64,000 nt of DNA, from assembly GCA_965262715.1 (NCBI GenBank), contig OZ253553.1, positions 2,432,001 to 2,496,000 of the forward strand, given 5' to 3'. Shown here piece by piece: positions 22,091 through 33,048 of this stretch (positions are counted from its first letter, which is position 1; every line of letters starts with the position of its first letter). Source of the stretch: Bdellovibrionales bacterium. Lineage in GTDB: Bacteria; Bdellovibrionota; Bdellovibrionia; Bdellovibrionales; JAUICD01. The notes under the pieces are model-generated. The model saw nothing but the letters and a program-made list of their open reading frames with translations, did not search any database and had not been told where the DNA came from. Made by a program: the position numbers and the translations under genes.

Positions 22091-23371
22091 TTATTTTTGA
22101 TCTTCTTCTGTGTCATTAAGTATCCATTCTTTTAGTTTCTCAAGATTTTTATGATCTGTTAAATCTTGAATAAAGTCCTTCAACTCATTATCATTTCTTT
22201 CTTCAATGACAGGTTGGACAGAATAAAAAGCCTTTGGATCATCTGTAAGACTGTAAGTGTCTGCAACTTTTTTTTGATATTCTAAGAGAGCTTCAACAGA
22301 AGGTTTGAATAGTCCAAACTTGCTTTTTATTGGTTTTACTGGAACTTCAAAGGCATTGGCAAAAGATAAAGGTTGATGAGAAAAACTTACCAAAGCAAAA
22401 TCAGCTAGATTATGAGCTGCAAATGCGTTTTGTTTGGCAGAAGGTGTCACAGTGGCCAAAAGATGTAAAACATGGCTTGCAACTTCTAAAGCCCTTGATC
22501 TGTTACTTTCATCTCCTAGATTTTTCTGTAATTGGCGTAAATCTAAACTAGCATAACGATAAAATACACCGGAGGAAAATTCTGTGGTATCTAGATGAGC
22601 TGACCCCTTATCTTCACTGCCTTCTTCTTGCTTTAAATCATCCACTGCTGTAAACCAGTCAATTTCACTGTCCATACCGTGAGTAGTAATAGCATGGGCC
22701 ACAGCTAAAGCACCATCCACAGACATCATAATTCCTGATGTAGTCATACGTCCTGATAAAGCTATATCCTTTGCATTTGAAATATTTTGTTTTAATTGCT
22801 CCTTGTCATCCTTCAATTTGTTTTTTAATTTACTCTGATAAACTAATACTTTTAATGCTTCATCTGATTTTTTATTATTACCTTTTTTCTTTTTCTCTTT
22901 TGATATTTCTTCTGAATTGACTTCTGTATTTCGAATTTGCTCACAAATAAATTCAACTTCTGATTTGACCCAGGCAATTGTAGATTCTGATTTTTCAGAA
23001 TCATCCTTTTCTTTACTTGTTATATTCTTTTTTTGTTCCTTACCATCTTTATCTTTTTTATCTTTAGAACAAAGACAATAAATTGCAAGTTCAATCACTT
23101 CATTACTATATCTTTCCTTTAAGGATTCTTTCATCTTTTCTATGAATTGGGCTAGTTCTTTTGTACGGATTGAAGGTTGGCCAAGATGTTGACAATAATA
23201 TTCAGATTTTCTAATGGCTCGTTTAAGGCTTTGGCTCGATATCCTTGTTCTTTTCACTCCGCCAAAAGTAGCTGTTTTTTGCATTCCCATATCATCCCTG
23301 TTCAGATTAGATGGACTATGTGAAATCAAAACATGAAAATTTACAAAATTTTTATTATTGTTATCACTCAT
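22091..23371 (-). CDS. cas7e: Type I-E Cas7/CasC
   Basis: SNLNRDDMGMQK, RISSQSLKRAIR, DWFTAVDD; lysine-rich insertions. Confidence 0.97.
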   Translation of the reverse strand: MSDNNNKNFVNFHVLISHSPSNLNRDDMGMQKTATFGGVKRTRISSQSLKRAIRKSEYYCQHLGQPSIRTKELAQFIEKMKESLKERYSNEVIELAIYCLCSKDKKDKDGKEQKKNITSKEKDDSEKSESTIAWVKSEVEFICEQIRNTEVNSEEISKEKKKKGNNKKSDEALKVLVYQSKLKNKLKDDKEQLKQNISNAKDIALSGRMTTSGIMMSVDGALAVAHAITTHGMDSEIDWFTAVDDLKQEEGSEDKGSAHLDTTEFSSGVFYRYASLDLRQLQKNLGDESNRSRALEVASHVLHLLATVTPSAKQNAFAAHNLADFALVSFSHQPLSFANAFEVPVKPIKSKFGLFKPSVEALLEYQKKVADTYSLTDDPKAFYSVQPVIEERNDNELKDFIQDLTDHKNLEKLKEWILNDTEEDQK

Positions 23372-23837
23372 TTTCTTTCTCCTTTTTATTATCTTCTTTA
23401 TTATTAAAATCCTTATAAAAATCCTTTAAAATTTGCTTCTTACTGTGTTTTCCCCAATACCACAGTGTATTGGCCATTTTTTGGAAATCCACTGTGGGTT
23501 TTGTATGAACAACCAACCTTCTTAGTTGAATCAAATCATTAGGGCTTTCTGATCGGATCACCTGAAACATTCTTTTTTCACTCACTTCAGCTTGTTGAAA
23601 AGCTTGCCCTAAAGATAAACCGTTCTCTTTATGTTTTAAGTCCTTAACTCCTAGAAAAAACACCACTCTTTTCCATTGTTTTTCATTTTGCTCATTTAAT
23701 CTATTTCCCAAAAGTTTGTAAAAAGCAGGAAGGGTTTCAAGATCATCAGGCTTTGCTATCTTTCTGATTTCAGCACGGTCTCCATTACTCAACTTATTAT
23801 GAAACTTGTTATAAATTTCCATAAAATCCATATTCAT
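23364..23837 (-). CDS. cse2: Type I-E Cse2/CasB (Cas11)
   Basis: GDRAEIR, SEKRMFQVIR...DLIQLRR; operon position. Confidence 0.92.
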   Translation of the reverse strand: MNMDFMEIYNKFHNKLSNGDRAEIRKIAKPDDLETLPAFYKLLGNRLNEQNEKQWKRVVFFLGVKDLKHKENGLSLGQAFQQAEVSEKRMFQVIRSESPNDLIQLRRLVVHTKPTVDFQKMANTLWYWGKHSKKQILKDFYKDFNNKEDNKKEKENE

Positions 23838-25381
23838 ACCTCTTGAACTCTATACTGTTGTTGCAATTTCCTAAAGAGATGAGAGCGACCTTTTTCAATA
23901 GCCTTTATAAATTTAGGATCATGCTCATAGGGCTGTGTAACTTCTTCAAAAGTTGTTTTTGCAAGCTGGCAAAATTTATCTTTGTATTTTTGTATTTGTT
24001 GAAAATCCAAAGTTCTCAAGGTTTCATGCATTAAAAGTTCTGAATTGTTAAAATAGATCTTTTGAGCTTTTGGTTGAAGTGATTTTTTGATAAAATTAGA
24101 TTTTTCTTGCCCTTTATCGTTTTTTTTCTCTCCCCATTTCAAATTCTGCCCTAAAAAATATATAGATGTATTTAAAGTACTTTGTGCCTTTAAAGCACAA
24201 TCAACCAACTCCTTCATTTCAGCATACCTATCATTGAATTCTGGTTTGAGGCTATACATTTCATGTTTTCGAGCAAAAAGACTTTCAGTGGATTTACCTT
24301 TGATATAACCACCAACAGCTAAATTTAAAGGTTTTCCACGACCAATACCATCTAAATAAGCATCAACCACTAAAGCTCTTGTATGTCCTTCTTCTTCAGA
24401 GCTATTCGTATATAAAAAACTAAGCATTTTGGTCCATAAAGCCATATCTTTAGAGGATGAGGATAAAGACATATAAGGTTTTTTCTTTTCATCATTGTCT
24501 TGAATTTTTTTCATATCTATTGGTGTATGAGGATGTAACCAATAATTTTTAGTACAAGAAAGGCCATTTTCTGTAAAAAATCCTGTTGCTTTTTGATCTG
24601 CATTGACTACTAATTTGACTTTAGCTGGTTGCCAAAATAAACCCCTCATTAAACCAATTTGATGAGCAAACTCTGGCTTTTCTTTATCAAAAGAAATAGA
24701 TTTGACCCAAGCAGGATCTTCCATTTTTTCATTGCCATCAACATCCATGATGTTTTTATCTCTTAAAAACTCTTTGTGCAAAATATTGCACCAGATTGTT
24801 TTTCGCAAATCTTTTGATTCGTCATAAACAAGCGTTGTCAATGGCCTAGAGCCTTTAAGTCCAACCTTAAAAAAACTCCCACCTAAACCAAACCCATTAG
24901 TGGCTTGTTGAAATAAGGCTATGGCTGCTTCTCCTAAGTCCATTTCTTTAACTTCATCTGTTCTATGAAAATGAGCTTCTGACGATTGAGAACTACTGCT
25001 TTTTTCAGGTAGACCTATCAGTAATTTTTGTAAGCTTTTTTCTTTATCATTATCTAATTCAAAGTCTGTTTGCATAAAGGGGTATTGGGGATGAAGCAGA
25101 TCAAACCAATCTTTAAACTTAGAAGTAGCTTTGTCATAATCTTCTTTTTTCATAGAGTTATTATAGGAATCTTCTAGATCATTAAGATCATTTGGAGTAA
25201 AGATCACTTGGACTATGCAAACAAGCATTTGCAAACAAGCTAACTCCATGTCATCTCTATCTAAAGCTAATGAGTGTTGCTGATCTTTACAGAGAAGCTC
25301 TTTTAGACTGATCTTTTGATTTTTCTGTACAGGTATCCAATTTTCAATTAAAAGATTGTATTCAGACATTAGTGTTTCCAA
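23834..25381 (-). CDS. cse1: Type I-E Cse1/CasA (Cas8e); ATG at 25369 likely
   Basis: NLL.E.WIPV, FDL.HP..PFMQ, GLFWQP, HPHTP. Confidence 0.93.
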   Translation of the reverse strand: METLMSEYNLLIENWIPVQKNQKISLKELLCKDQQHSLALDRDDMELACLQMLVCIVQVIFTPNDLNDLEDSYNNSMKKEDYDKATSKFKDWFDLLHPQYPFMQTDFELDNDKEKSLQKLLIGLPEKSSSSQSSEAHFHRTDEVKEMDLGEAAIALFQQATNGFGLGGSFFKVGLKGSRPLTTLVYDESKDLRKTIWCNILHKEFLRDKNIMDVDGNEKMEDPAWVKSISFDKEKPEFAHQIGLMRGLFWQPAKVKLVVNADQKATGFFTENGLSCTKNYWLHPHTPIDMKKIQDNDEKKKPYMSLSSSSKDMALWTKMLSFLYTNSSEEEGHTRALVVDAYLDGIGRGKPLNLAVGGYIKGKSTESLFARKHEMYSLKPEFNDRYAEMKELVDCALKAQSTLNTSIYFLGQNLKWGEKKNDKGQEKSNFIKKSLQPKAQKIYFNNSELLMHETLRTLDFQQIQKYKDKFCQLAKTTFEEVTQPYEHDPKFIKAIEKGRSHLFRKLQQQYRVQEV

Positions 25382-25400
25382 CTTGAGTAGGTATGTATTC

Positions 25401-28013
25401 TTAACACTTCACTTTTTTCAAACCATACTCACTAGTATAACACAATTTATAACCATGATGTTCTTCTGATAAATATTTTTGAGTTTGTGTCTTATTTTGA
25501 ATGGCTTGCATTGGTAAATAATAAATACCTTTTTCTGGTTGTACTGAAATATAAGGCTTCCAAGAATTTGGAACGGGAATCATATTTTGATATAAATCTT
25601 CAGATGAACTCTTATCTATACATATTTTGCTGTCTAAAAAACATCGACCTGTATCTTTTTCGATCATGGGGATAACACTTAAATTTCTCTTTCCTTCTCT
25701 AGTGAGCATTGCAGCATTTTCATCTGTATCAGAAAAATAAGTTTCTGAACTTGCAAGTTGAAAAGCTTTCGATGCACTTTGACTGCATTCATTTTGATAT
25801 TTTACAAAAGCCTCTGTGATTTCTTCTGGTTCATTATTCCATGCATCTTCTTGATACACTTGTTCTATCCATTGCCTATAAGCTTGAGGAAAAATAATGG
25901 AGCTTGTGTTTTGCCTATATAACATCTGTTGAGTTCTCCAAAGGACTCTTTTGTTTTTATAAATGTACTCATGAAATTTATAGTTTATTATTTCTTTTTC
26001 TGGAAGAATTATGGAACAAAAAGGATTTTTAAAATCTTTTGGACGTATTTTAAAATGTCTATGCAGTCTGCCCATACGCTGAAATAAAAGGTCCACAGGA
26101 CATAAAAAAGTGATCAGCCAATCAAAATCAATATCTAAGGATTGTTCTAAGACTTGTGTACCTATTAAAACATGTCCTTTTTCAATGCTACCTTTACCAT
26201 ATTTTTGTATAAGACATTCTTCTTTTTTCATTCTGTCTTTATAACGGTAACGAGAATGCAAAATGTCCACAGACAATTCATGGCATTGCAATTGTTCTGC
26301 TATTTTTTGAGCATCATCTACTAAATTACAAATAATACCTACTTTAGCTTTCTGATCTTTTATGACTTCTGCTATTTTTTCTAACTTGTTCTGGGTAAAA
26401 GTCATGTCATTATTTGACCAGAGTTCAAAAAAGACTTTTCGATGATCTTCTTCTTTTTCCAAAAAATGTGGTTTTGGCTCCTGATGATTTTCAATAGCTT
26501 GTAGAATAAGAGGGTACTTGTTTTTATAATCACTATCACTATTCTGAGAAAGTTCTACATTCCATACCTCTAAAAGCTGTTTTTTCTGATAAAAAGGTAA
26601 AGTAGCTGATAATAAAACCACACTTCCACCAGCTTTTTTCTGAGATTTTACAACTTCTTTTAAAAGACCGTACATGTAAGCATCATAAGCATGAATTTCA
26701 TCAATAATAAGAACACTTTTTCCAATTCCAAAAGAGCGAATAAAAAAATGTTTTAAAGATGGTATTACTGATAACAAGACTTGATCCACAGTAGTCACAG
26801 CTATTTGCCCTAAAAAAGCTCTTTTTCTAGATAAAGATAGCCATTCATGGCATTGAACTCCGGCTTCATTACCTTTAGCCCTTGTTTGTTTAAAGCTACT
26901 TTTAATTAATTCTTTAAAGTCAGGATTATATGGGCTTTTTCCATGAGCTAAAATCACATTTGGACCAGATGAAAATATTTTTTCTGAAACCACTTGTAAA
27001 CGATTTAAAATAGCATTAGCTGTGGCTTGAGTTGGCAGGGCAAAGGTTATACTGTCAGCTAAACTCTTTACTAAAAGACGAGAGGCAAAAGCTACAGCAG
27101 CTTCTGTCTTTCCACTCCCTGTACTGGCTTCTATAATAGTTAAACTAGGGCTATTATCTTTTAACTTAGGGATAATTGCTTGGATATTTCTTGGTTCTAA
27201 ATCTGGATAGACCTGATCCATTCCACCTTGAGAAATAACAACATCCCTTAATAAACCAAATTTTTTTAGTATTTCTCTGGCCTTTTCTTTTTTTGATTCA
27301 AAATAAGTTAAAAGACATTTATTCTCTGATGATTTTTCGTATGGAAAATAATCTGTGTTGGAACCTAGCCAGTCACAAATAGAACAAAAGCCAGCTAGCA
27401 GGACAGGTGGGTCTCTTGACAGATTTGTGCTTGCAAAACTTATATTTTGAGGTTTTAAAAATAACTTGGCTATATCTTGAACAAAGGTTTCTCTTGCTGA
27501 TCGATCTTGCTCTTTATCTTTTTCTGGCACATAAGAAGGTAACGGATTTTTTTGTGCATCATTGGGTATTTTTCCATGATGACCAGCAGTGTGAGCTAAC
27601 CAGTTTTGCAGGTATCTCTTTTGAGTTGAACTGCAATCTTGAAAAAGTCTATTACATTCCTGAACAAACCACACATAACCATTTTCACCATGATAATAAC
27701 CATTGGAAGCCACTTTGTTCTTTGTGTCATCACTATAAGGGGCAATTTTAGGAACTTTATTTTGAAAACGCATATCCAGCTTACCTAGATCATGCAAAGC
27801 AATAAAAAACTGTACCCATGCTTGCACTTGTTTTTCTGGAAGTTGAGCTTCTTTTACAAAACTTCTTTGGATGGCCAAGCTATTTTTCCACCATTCATGA
27901 GCTACAGCCGTAACATCTAGACAATGCATCCACAAAAGATGAGATGTCAGTTTTCCGTCTTCTAATTTTTTGGCCTTACCCCAATACCTAAAATGAACCT
28001 TCAAGTCTTTCAT
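25401..28013 (-). CDS. cas3: Cas3 HD nuclease-helicase
   Basis: H.LD, HDLGK, TGSGKTE, DEIH, SAT, QRMGRLHRH. Confidence 0.98.
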   Translation of the reverse strand: MKDLKVHFRYWGKAKKLEDGKLTSHLLWMHCLDVTAVAHEWWKNSLAIQRSFVKEAQLPEKQVQAWVQFFIALHDLGKLDMRFQNKVPKIAPYSDDTKNKVASNGYYHGENGYVWFVQECNRLFQDCSSTQKRYLQNWLAHTAGHHGKIPNDAQKNPLPSYVPEKDKEQDRSARETFVQDIAKLFLKPQNISFASTNLSRDPPVLLAGFCSICDWLGSNTDYFPYEKSSENKCLLTYFESKKEKAREILKKFGLLRDVVISQGGMDQVYPDLEPRNIQAIIPKLKDNSPSLTIIEASTGSGKTEAAVAFASRLLVKSLADSITFALPTQATANAILNRLQVVSEKIFSSGPNVILAHGKSPYNPDFKELIKSSFKQTRAKGNEAGVQCHEWLSLSRKRAFLGQIAVTTVDQVLLSVIPSLKHFFIRSFGIGKSVLIIDEIHAYDAYMYGLLKEVVKSQKKAGGSVVLLSATLPFYQKKQLLEVWNVELSQNSDSDYKNKYPLILQAIENHQEPKPHFLEKEEDHRKVFFELWSNNDMTFTQNKLEKIAEVIKDQKAKVGIICNLVDDAQKIAEQLQCHELSVDILHSRYRYKDRMKKEECLIQKYGKGSIEKGHVLIGTQVLEQSLDIDFDWLITFLCPVDLLFQRMGRLHRHFKIRPKDFKNPFCSIILPEKEIINYKFHEYIYKNKRVLWRTQQMLYRQNTSSIIFPQAYRQWIEQVYQEDAWNNEPEEITEAFVKYQNECSQSASKAFQLASSETYFSDTDENAAMLTREGKRNLSVIPMIEKDTGRCFLDSKICIDKSSSEDLYQNMIPVPNSWKPYISVQPEKGIYYLPMQAIQNKTQTQKYLSEEHHGYKLCYTSEYGLKKVKC

Positions 28014-28158
28014 TTTTCCGCTCTTAAGTTTATAAAACCTATCTTAAGAATATTTTCCACATCTTTACTTTTCAAAAGATTTATGACATCTTTTGCATAT
28101 AATCTCCTTCTGTGTTATCTCACGACAAATTGTTAAAGGTTTTCTTAAAAGATTTACT

Positions 28159-29007
28159 TTATTTTAAGCAATACAATGTAAGAGGTTCTCCAATAGGTTT
28201 TTCCAAAACTTCACTGCCTGAAAGAAAAAAAGGTCCTTCTTTTTTTTCTAAGCGGCTTTGTAATAACTTTAAACTTTTTTCATCACTTGGATTTAATATA
28301 AGCTCTGTCTTTCGATAATGTAAGTTAAAGAGCTCATTACTTTTTTTCTTATCAAAGAAGTTTTCCCATAACATAGTATCCACCCGGCATTTATAAGTTA
28401 AAGAGTGGGCAAAATTGTGTAAAGGATTATAAGCAGAAACCAGCTCAAAATCTCCAAAGTTAGCATGTAACTTAAGAGCAGGAGAATCCCACTGTGTCAC
28501 TCCATAAAGCCAATCAATACCAGCATACCATAAACCAAATGCCTTACTTAAAAAGCCAAGACCTTTTAACTTTTTTTCCTTAGCCAATAACCTATTTAAA
28601 GAACAAAGATTATGAGCAACCCACTGACCTGAACCCACACAAGGAATCACAATAAAGAGTGAAAGTGGAACCCATTCTTGTTGAGGTTCATCTTCATAAA
28701 TATGTTGAATTTCTTTTGGAATTTTATCTCTTTTCATCACAAATCCTGTGATAAAACCTGGCATGAGACCACACCCATAAAAAGCCCATTTTGGTGTGAA
28801 CAGTTTTCCAAACATAACAGAGTCTACTTTCATTTGTAGTTTAACAAAACTTAAATTCTCTGGAGATAGAGGATCTACAATATAAGGTTTACGATCGAAC
28901 CAACTAAAATGTTGCCTCATTCCTGTGATATGATTTTCTTCGCGAATACACACATAAGGTAAAATATCAGGGCTTTCTAACCAATCAGGTTTGAAAGTAT
29001 CCATCAC
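28159..29007 (-). CDS. Hypothetical protein
   Basis: 282-aa ORF overlapping the fumC stop (ATGA-type coupling). Confidence 0.7.
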   Translation of the reverse strand: MMDTFKPDWLESPDILPYVCIREENHITGMRQHFSWFDRKPYIVDPLSPENLSFVKLQMKVDSVMFGKLFTPKWAFYGCGLMPGFITGFVMKRDKIPKEIQHIYEDEPQQEWVPLSLFIVIPCVGSGQWVAHNLCSLNRLLAKEKKLKGLGFLSKAFGLWYAGIDWLYGVTQWDSPALKLHANFGDFELVSAYNPLHNFAHSLTYKCRVDTMLWENFFDKKKSNELFNLHYRKTELILNPSDEKSLKLLQSRLEKKEGPFFLSGSEVLEKPIGEPLTLYCLK

Positions 29008-30422
29008 ATCTCCTTTTTTGACAGGTTATTTAATGGTTGAGTCATTTCTTTTGGCTGTACATATTTATCAAACTCATCAGCTGTAAGAAGCTTTAAACTA
29101 ATTGCCTCTTCTTTAAGACTGCGGCCACTGGCATAAGCAGCTTTGGCAATTTTGGCAGCATTGTCATAGCCAATATAAGGGTTCAAAGCTGTAACCAACA
29201 TCAAAGAATTCTCTAAATGCTGATTTAATTGCTTCTCATTTGCTTTAAGCCCTATTAAAGCTCGACGAGTAAAACTTTCACAAGCATCTGCTAGTAATCG
29301 CAGACTATTTAGAACATTAAAAACTATCATAGGCTTAAAGGCATTGAGTTCAAGATGACCGTTACAACCACCTATATTCACTGCTACATCATTCCCTAAG
29401 ACTTGAGCACAAACCATAGTCAGTGCTTCACATTGAGTAGGATTGACCTTTCCTGGCATAATAGAACTACCTGGCTCATTTGCTGGTAAAATAAGCTCCC
29501 CAATTCCACTACGAGGACCACTACCTAATATACGAATATCATTTCCAATCTTCATGAAAGAGCATGCAATTGTTTTCAAAACACCACTAAATCCTACTAA
29601 AGCATCATGAGCCGCTATAGCTTCAAATTTATTCATAGCTGAAGTAAAAGGAAAATGCGTCTGTTCAGAAATAGAATCAATAGCAAGAAGAGCAAAGTCT
29701 TTATGAGTGTTTAAGCCTGTTCCAACAGCTGTTCCACCTAAAGCTAAAGGGTAGAGAGAAGATAAGTTGTTTTTAACTCGATTTATACCTTTTTCAATTT
29801 GTGTGCGATATCCAGAAAACTCTTGAGCTAAAGTCAATGGAGTAGCATCCATAAAGTGAGTGCGGCCTATTTTTACAAAGTCTTTAAACTCATCTTCTTT
29901 ATTCAAAAGGGCCTTTAATATTTCTTCTAGTGCAGGAAGTAGACGAGTATGAATTTGTTCTACCGCTGCAATGTGCATTGCAGAAGGAAAAACATCATTA
30001 GAACTTTGCCCCCTGTTGACATCATCATTAGGATGGACTTTGTGATCTAACTTGCCACCTAATATCTCAGTAGCTCGATTGGCAATCACCTCATTGGTAT
30101 TCATATTTGTTTGTGTGCCACTGCCCGTCTGCCAAATCACGAGAGGGAAATGTTCATCTAGCTGTCCAGATATCACTTCATCAGCAGCCTGACAAATAGC
30201 ATTTGCTTTTTTCCTATCTAAAATAGATAACTTTTGATGGGCTATAGCTGCAGCCTTTTTTATAACACCCAAAGCCCGAATAAAAGCCCTTGGAAAACGA
30301 TCCTCACCAATCTTAAAGTTTTCAAGTGACCTCTGAGTTTGTGCCCCCCAATACTTACTTTTAGGGACTTTTACTTCACCCATAGTGTCTTTTTCTATAC
30401 GATAGCTTTCCTCATGAACCAT
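29004..30422 (-). CDS. fumC: Class II fumarate hydratase
   Basis: [27 protein letters not shown]; start set at the ATG with AAGGAG RBS. Confidence 0.97.
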   Translation of the reverse strand: MVHEESYRIEKDTMGEVKVPKSKYWGAQTQRSLENFKIGEDRFPRAFIRALGVIKKAAAIAHQKLSILDRKKANAICQAADEVISGQLDEHFPLVIWQTGSGTQTNMNTNEVIANRATEILGGKLDHKVHPNDDVNRGQSSNDVFPSAMHIAAVEQIHTRLLPALEEILKALLNKEDEFKDFVKIGRTHFMDATPLTLAQEFSGYRTQIEKGINRVKNNLSSLYPLALGGTAVGTGLNTHKDFALLAIDSISEQTHFPFTSAMNKFEAIAAHDALVGFSGVLKTIACSFMKIGNDIRILGSGPRSGIGELILPANEPGSSIMPGKVNPTQCEALTMVCAQVLGNDVAVNIGGCNGHLELNAFKPMIVFNVLNSLRLLADACESFTRRALIGLKANEKQLNQHLENSLMLVTALNPYIGYDNAAKIAKAAYASGRSLKEEAISLKLLTADEFDKYVQPKEMTQPLNNLSKKEM

Positions 30423-30529
30423 CTCCAAACTCCTTACAATCTCATTATATGAAGAGTTTTCCAAAAAACAAGCATTGACAAAATAAATCTATATAATAAT
30501 AATTCACTAAGTTTTTAAAAGGTATACTT

Positions 30530-31033
30530 ATGACTGAAAAATCAAAACTTAAAAACCCTCTTAATTGTCGCTGCTGGCTTATGAAGTCAGAGCCTACTAA
30601 CTATTCTATTGATGATCTTAAAACAGAAAAAACTTGCTTATGGGATGGTGTTCGCAATTATCAAGCACGCAATTTTATGATGAAAGATATGCAAAAAGGA
30701 GATGATGTTTTATTTTATCATTCCAACACAAAACCACCGGCAATTGTAGGGCTTGCTAAGGTTGTTTCATTTGTTGCAATTCCTGATATCACACAATTTG
30801 ATCCTAAAAGCCAATACTTTGATAAAAAAGCCACTTTTGAAAAGCCTATCTGGTACTGTGTTAAAGTCAAATTTCAAAAAAAACTTAAAACCCCTATTTC
30901 TCTGACTGAGCTTAAATCTCATAAAGACCTAAAATCTTTATGGGTGATCAAAAAAGGTATGAGACTTTCTATCCAACCTGTCGCAAAAAAAGATTTTCAA
31001 GCTTTGCTCACAATGATATCTGATCAGAAATAA
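30530..31033 (+). CDS. EVE domain protein
   Basis: WLMKSEP, WDGVRNYQARN, FYHS, RLSIQPV. Confidence 0.95.
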   Translation: MTEKSKLKNPLNCRCWLMKSEPTNYSIDDLKTEKTCLWDGVRNYQARNFMMKDMQKGDDVLFYHSNTKPPAIVGLAKVVSFVAIPDITQFDPKSQYFDKKATFEKPIWYCVKVKFQKKLKTPISLTELKSHKDLKSLWVIKKGMRLSIQPVAKKDFQALLTMISDQK

Positions 31034-31290
31034 AATCCTAAAAAGAGTAAAAAGTAAAGTGAAAAAATACAGTATGTAAAAAGTAACACTGCTTGTTATT
31101 GACACTTATACTATAAGTATGATTGAGTTTTTGAAGTGTTTTTTCTTTATGCATTTTAGAGTTTCCACGAATTGATCGAAATAACAGAGGCAATTGTTGA
31201 TATTATTTAACAGTTTTTAGATAAAATAAAACACCACTTAAGACCTTAAAACTCACTAAGGGCTTTAGACAAGGGAAGTAAAAGTAAGAC

Positions 31291-31746
31291 ATGAAAAACC
31301 AAATAAAAAATGAAGTCTTTAAAAAAAGTCCCATAATAACTACGATGCCAACATCGAGTTTGCCCTGCAAAATCACTCAAGGTATCAAGGTTGAAGTCCA
31401 TAATCATTACATCCTTGAAGAATCTCAACCTGATCATGATATTTACTTTTTTCTCTATTATGTTCGCATTACTAATGAAAGCACTCAAGCGGCACAACTT
31501 TTAAGACGTAAATGGCTTATAACAGATGGACATGGATATCAAAAAACAGTTAAAGGTTTAGGAGTCGTTGGCCTGCAACCTTATATCAAGCCTGGAGAAT
31601 TTTTTGAATATAACAGTTTTTGCCCTCTCTCAACACCTACAGGTCAAATGGAAGGGTTTTATGAAATGGAAACTTCAAAAAACACAATCTTCAAAGCAAC
31701 CATCCCAGAGCTTTATTTTATAACAAATCCTTCTGTCTGCCACTAA
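31291..31746 (+). CDS. apaG: ApaG domain protein
   Basis: QLLRRKWLITD, V.G.GVVG.QP, TPTG.MEG. Confidence 0.93.
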   Translation: MKNQIKNEVFKKSPIITTMPTSSLPCKITQGIKVEVHNHYILEESQPDHDIYFFLYYVRITNESTQAAQLLRRKWLITDGHGYQKTVKGLGVVGLQPYIKPGEFFEYNSFCPLSTPTGQMEGFYEMETSKNTIFKATIPELYFITNPSVCH

Positions 31747-31831
31747 AAGCACTTACTATCCAATATAGAGAGCCCTCAAAAACCCTAATATTCAACTTGC
31801 AAAAAAGAAGAAAATAAGTTACAAATAAAGT

Positions 31832-32452
31832 ATGGCTATATTAGATATCATCACTTATCCTGACCCTCTTTTAAAAAAAGTCTCAAAGCCTCTTAAGGAA
31901 TTGACAACTGGCCAAGTCCCTTCTATTGAAGTTTCACCAGAATATAAAAAGCTTGTATCAGATATGCTAGAAACCATGTACAAGGCTCCTGGTATAGGCC
32001 TCTCTGCCATACAAGTCGGTGTAGAGATCAGATTGATTGTGATTGATATCCGCTTCTTGACAGATAATGATGATCAATCAAGACATAGTGTAGATAACCA
32101 GCATATGACAGAGCTTGAGAAACAAGTCTCTTACCCTCTTATTATGTTTAACCCTCGAATAATGAACCGAAAAGATAAGACCTCATACCAAGAAGGTTGT
32201 TTAAGTGTTCCTGGTATTTTTGAGACAGTAGAAAGATCTACTTATGTGGAAGTGCAAGGTTTTAATCAAGAAGGACAATTTTTTGAAGTTAAAACAGATG
32301 GGATATTATCGATTTGTGTTCAGCATGAAATTGACCATCTTGATGGAAAGCTTTTTATTGACCGTTTAAGTTTTCTTAAAGCCGATGTTATTCGAAGTCA
32401 AATAATGAAGCTTAAAAGAAATCAGGATCAAGATCAAGCCCAAATTTTATAG
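31832..32452 (+). CDS. def: Peptide deformylase
   Basis: GIGLSA.QVG, EGCLSVP, QHEIDHLDG. Confidence 0.97.
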   Translation: MAILDIITYPDPLLKKVSKPLKELTTGQVPSIEVSPEYKKLVSDMLETMYKAPGIGLSAIQVGVEIRLIVIDIRFLTDNDDQSRHSVDNQHMTELEKQVSYPLIMFNPRIMNRKDKTSYQEGCLSVPGIFETVERSTYVEVQGFNQEGQFFEVKTDGILSICVQHEIDHLDGKLFIDRLSFLKADVIRSQIMKLKRNQDQDQAQIL

Positions 32453-32525
32453 ATTTATTCTGAATATATCTAAGCTCATCTTAAAGAGAGCATAAATTTA
32501 GGTTCATAACTACTTAAGCATCTTT

Positions 32526-32945
32526 TTCCGGGATATGGCATACTGTACCCGGAATCAAAGTATCCGGCATCTGTAACTTGAACTTTTGCATAAAGAGAAA
32601 TAAAAATATTTTCTCTAACATGATGTAAAGAACAACCAGTATCTCCATCCTAAAAATAAACAGATTTTTGAGATAGTCAGCTTTTTACTGAAGGGGATAC
32701 ATCCCGTAGCATGAGCCTTCATGCTGAATACTCAAAAACTGCTAGAGGTTCGCCTCGAGAGGTTTGCCTCAAGAGGTTTGCCTCAAGAGGTTTGCCTCAA
32801 GAGGTTTGCCTCTTCTCATTCTTATCATTAGCTTTTACAATTCTTATATTATTTGGCATTCAGTATAAAGTGCTTTCAAATACAAAGATTGAACGCGAAT
32901 GATAATACCTGATACTGATGCCCGATTGCCAGACCCCAGAATAGA
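32526..32945 (+). repeat. CCGG-rich tracts plus cassette A with five tandem 14-bp units (32744-32813)
   Basis: Homology to 53055-53260; AGAGGTT(C/T)GCCTC(G/A) x5. Confidence 0.85.
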
Positions 32946-33048
32946 GATAGTTGTAAAATACAAATATTTATCATATCCATTAAGACTATTTTATGTCATA
33001 ATTTTTTAAGTTTAATTCAATAAATGATATAGAGGATGGTATTTAAAC

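Noticed and set aside
32744..32813. Second CRISPR array, or the 63-aa ORF 32711..32902
   Set aside because: 14-bp tandem units without spacers; the ORF is a by-product of the repeat.
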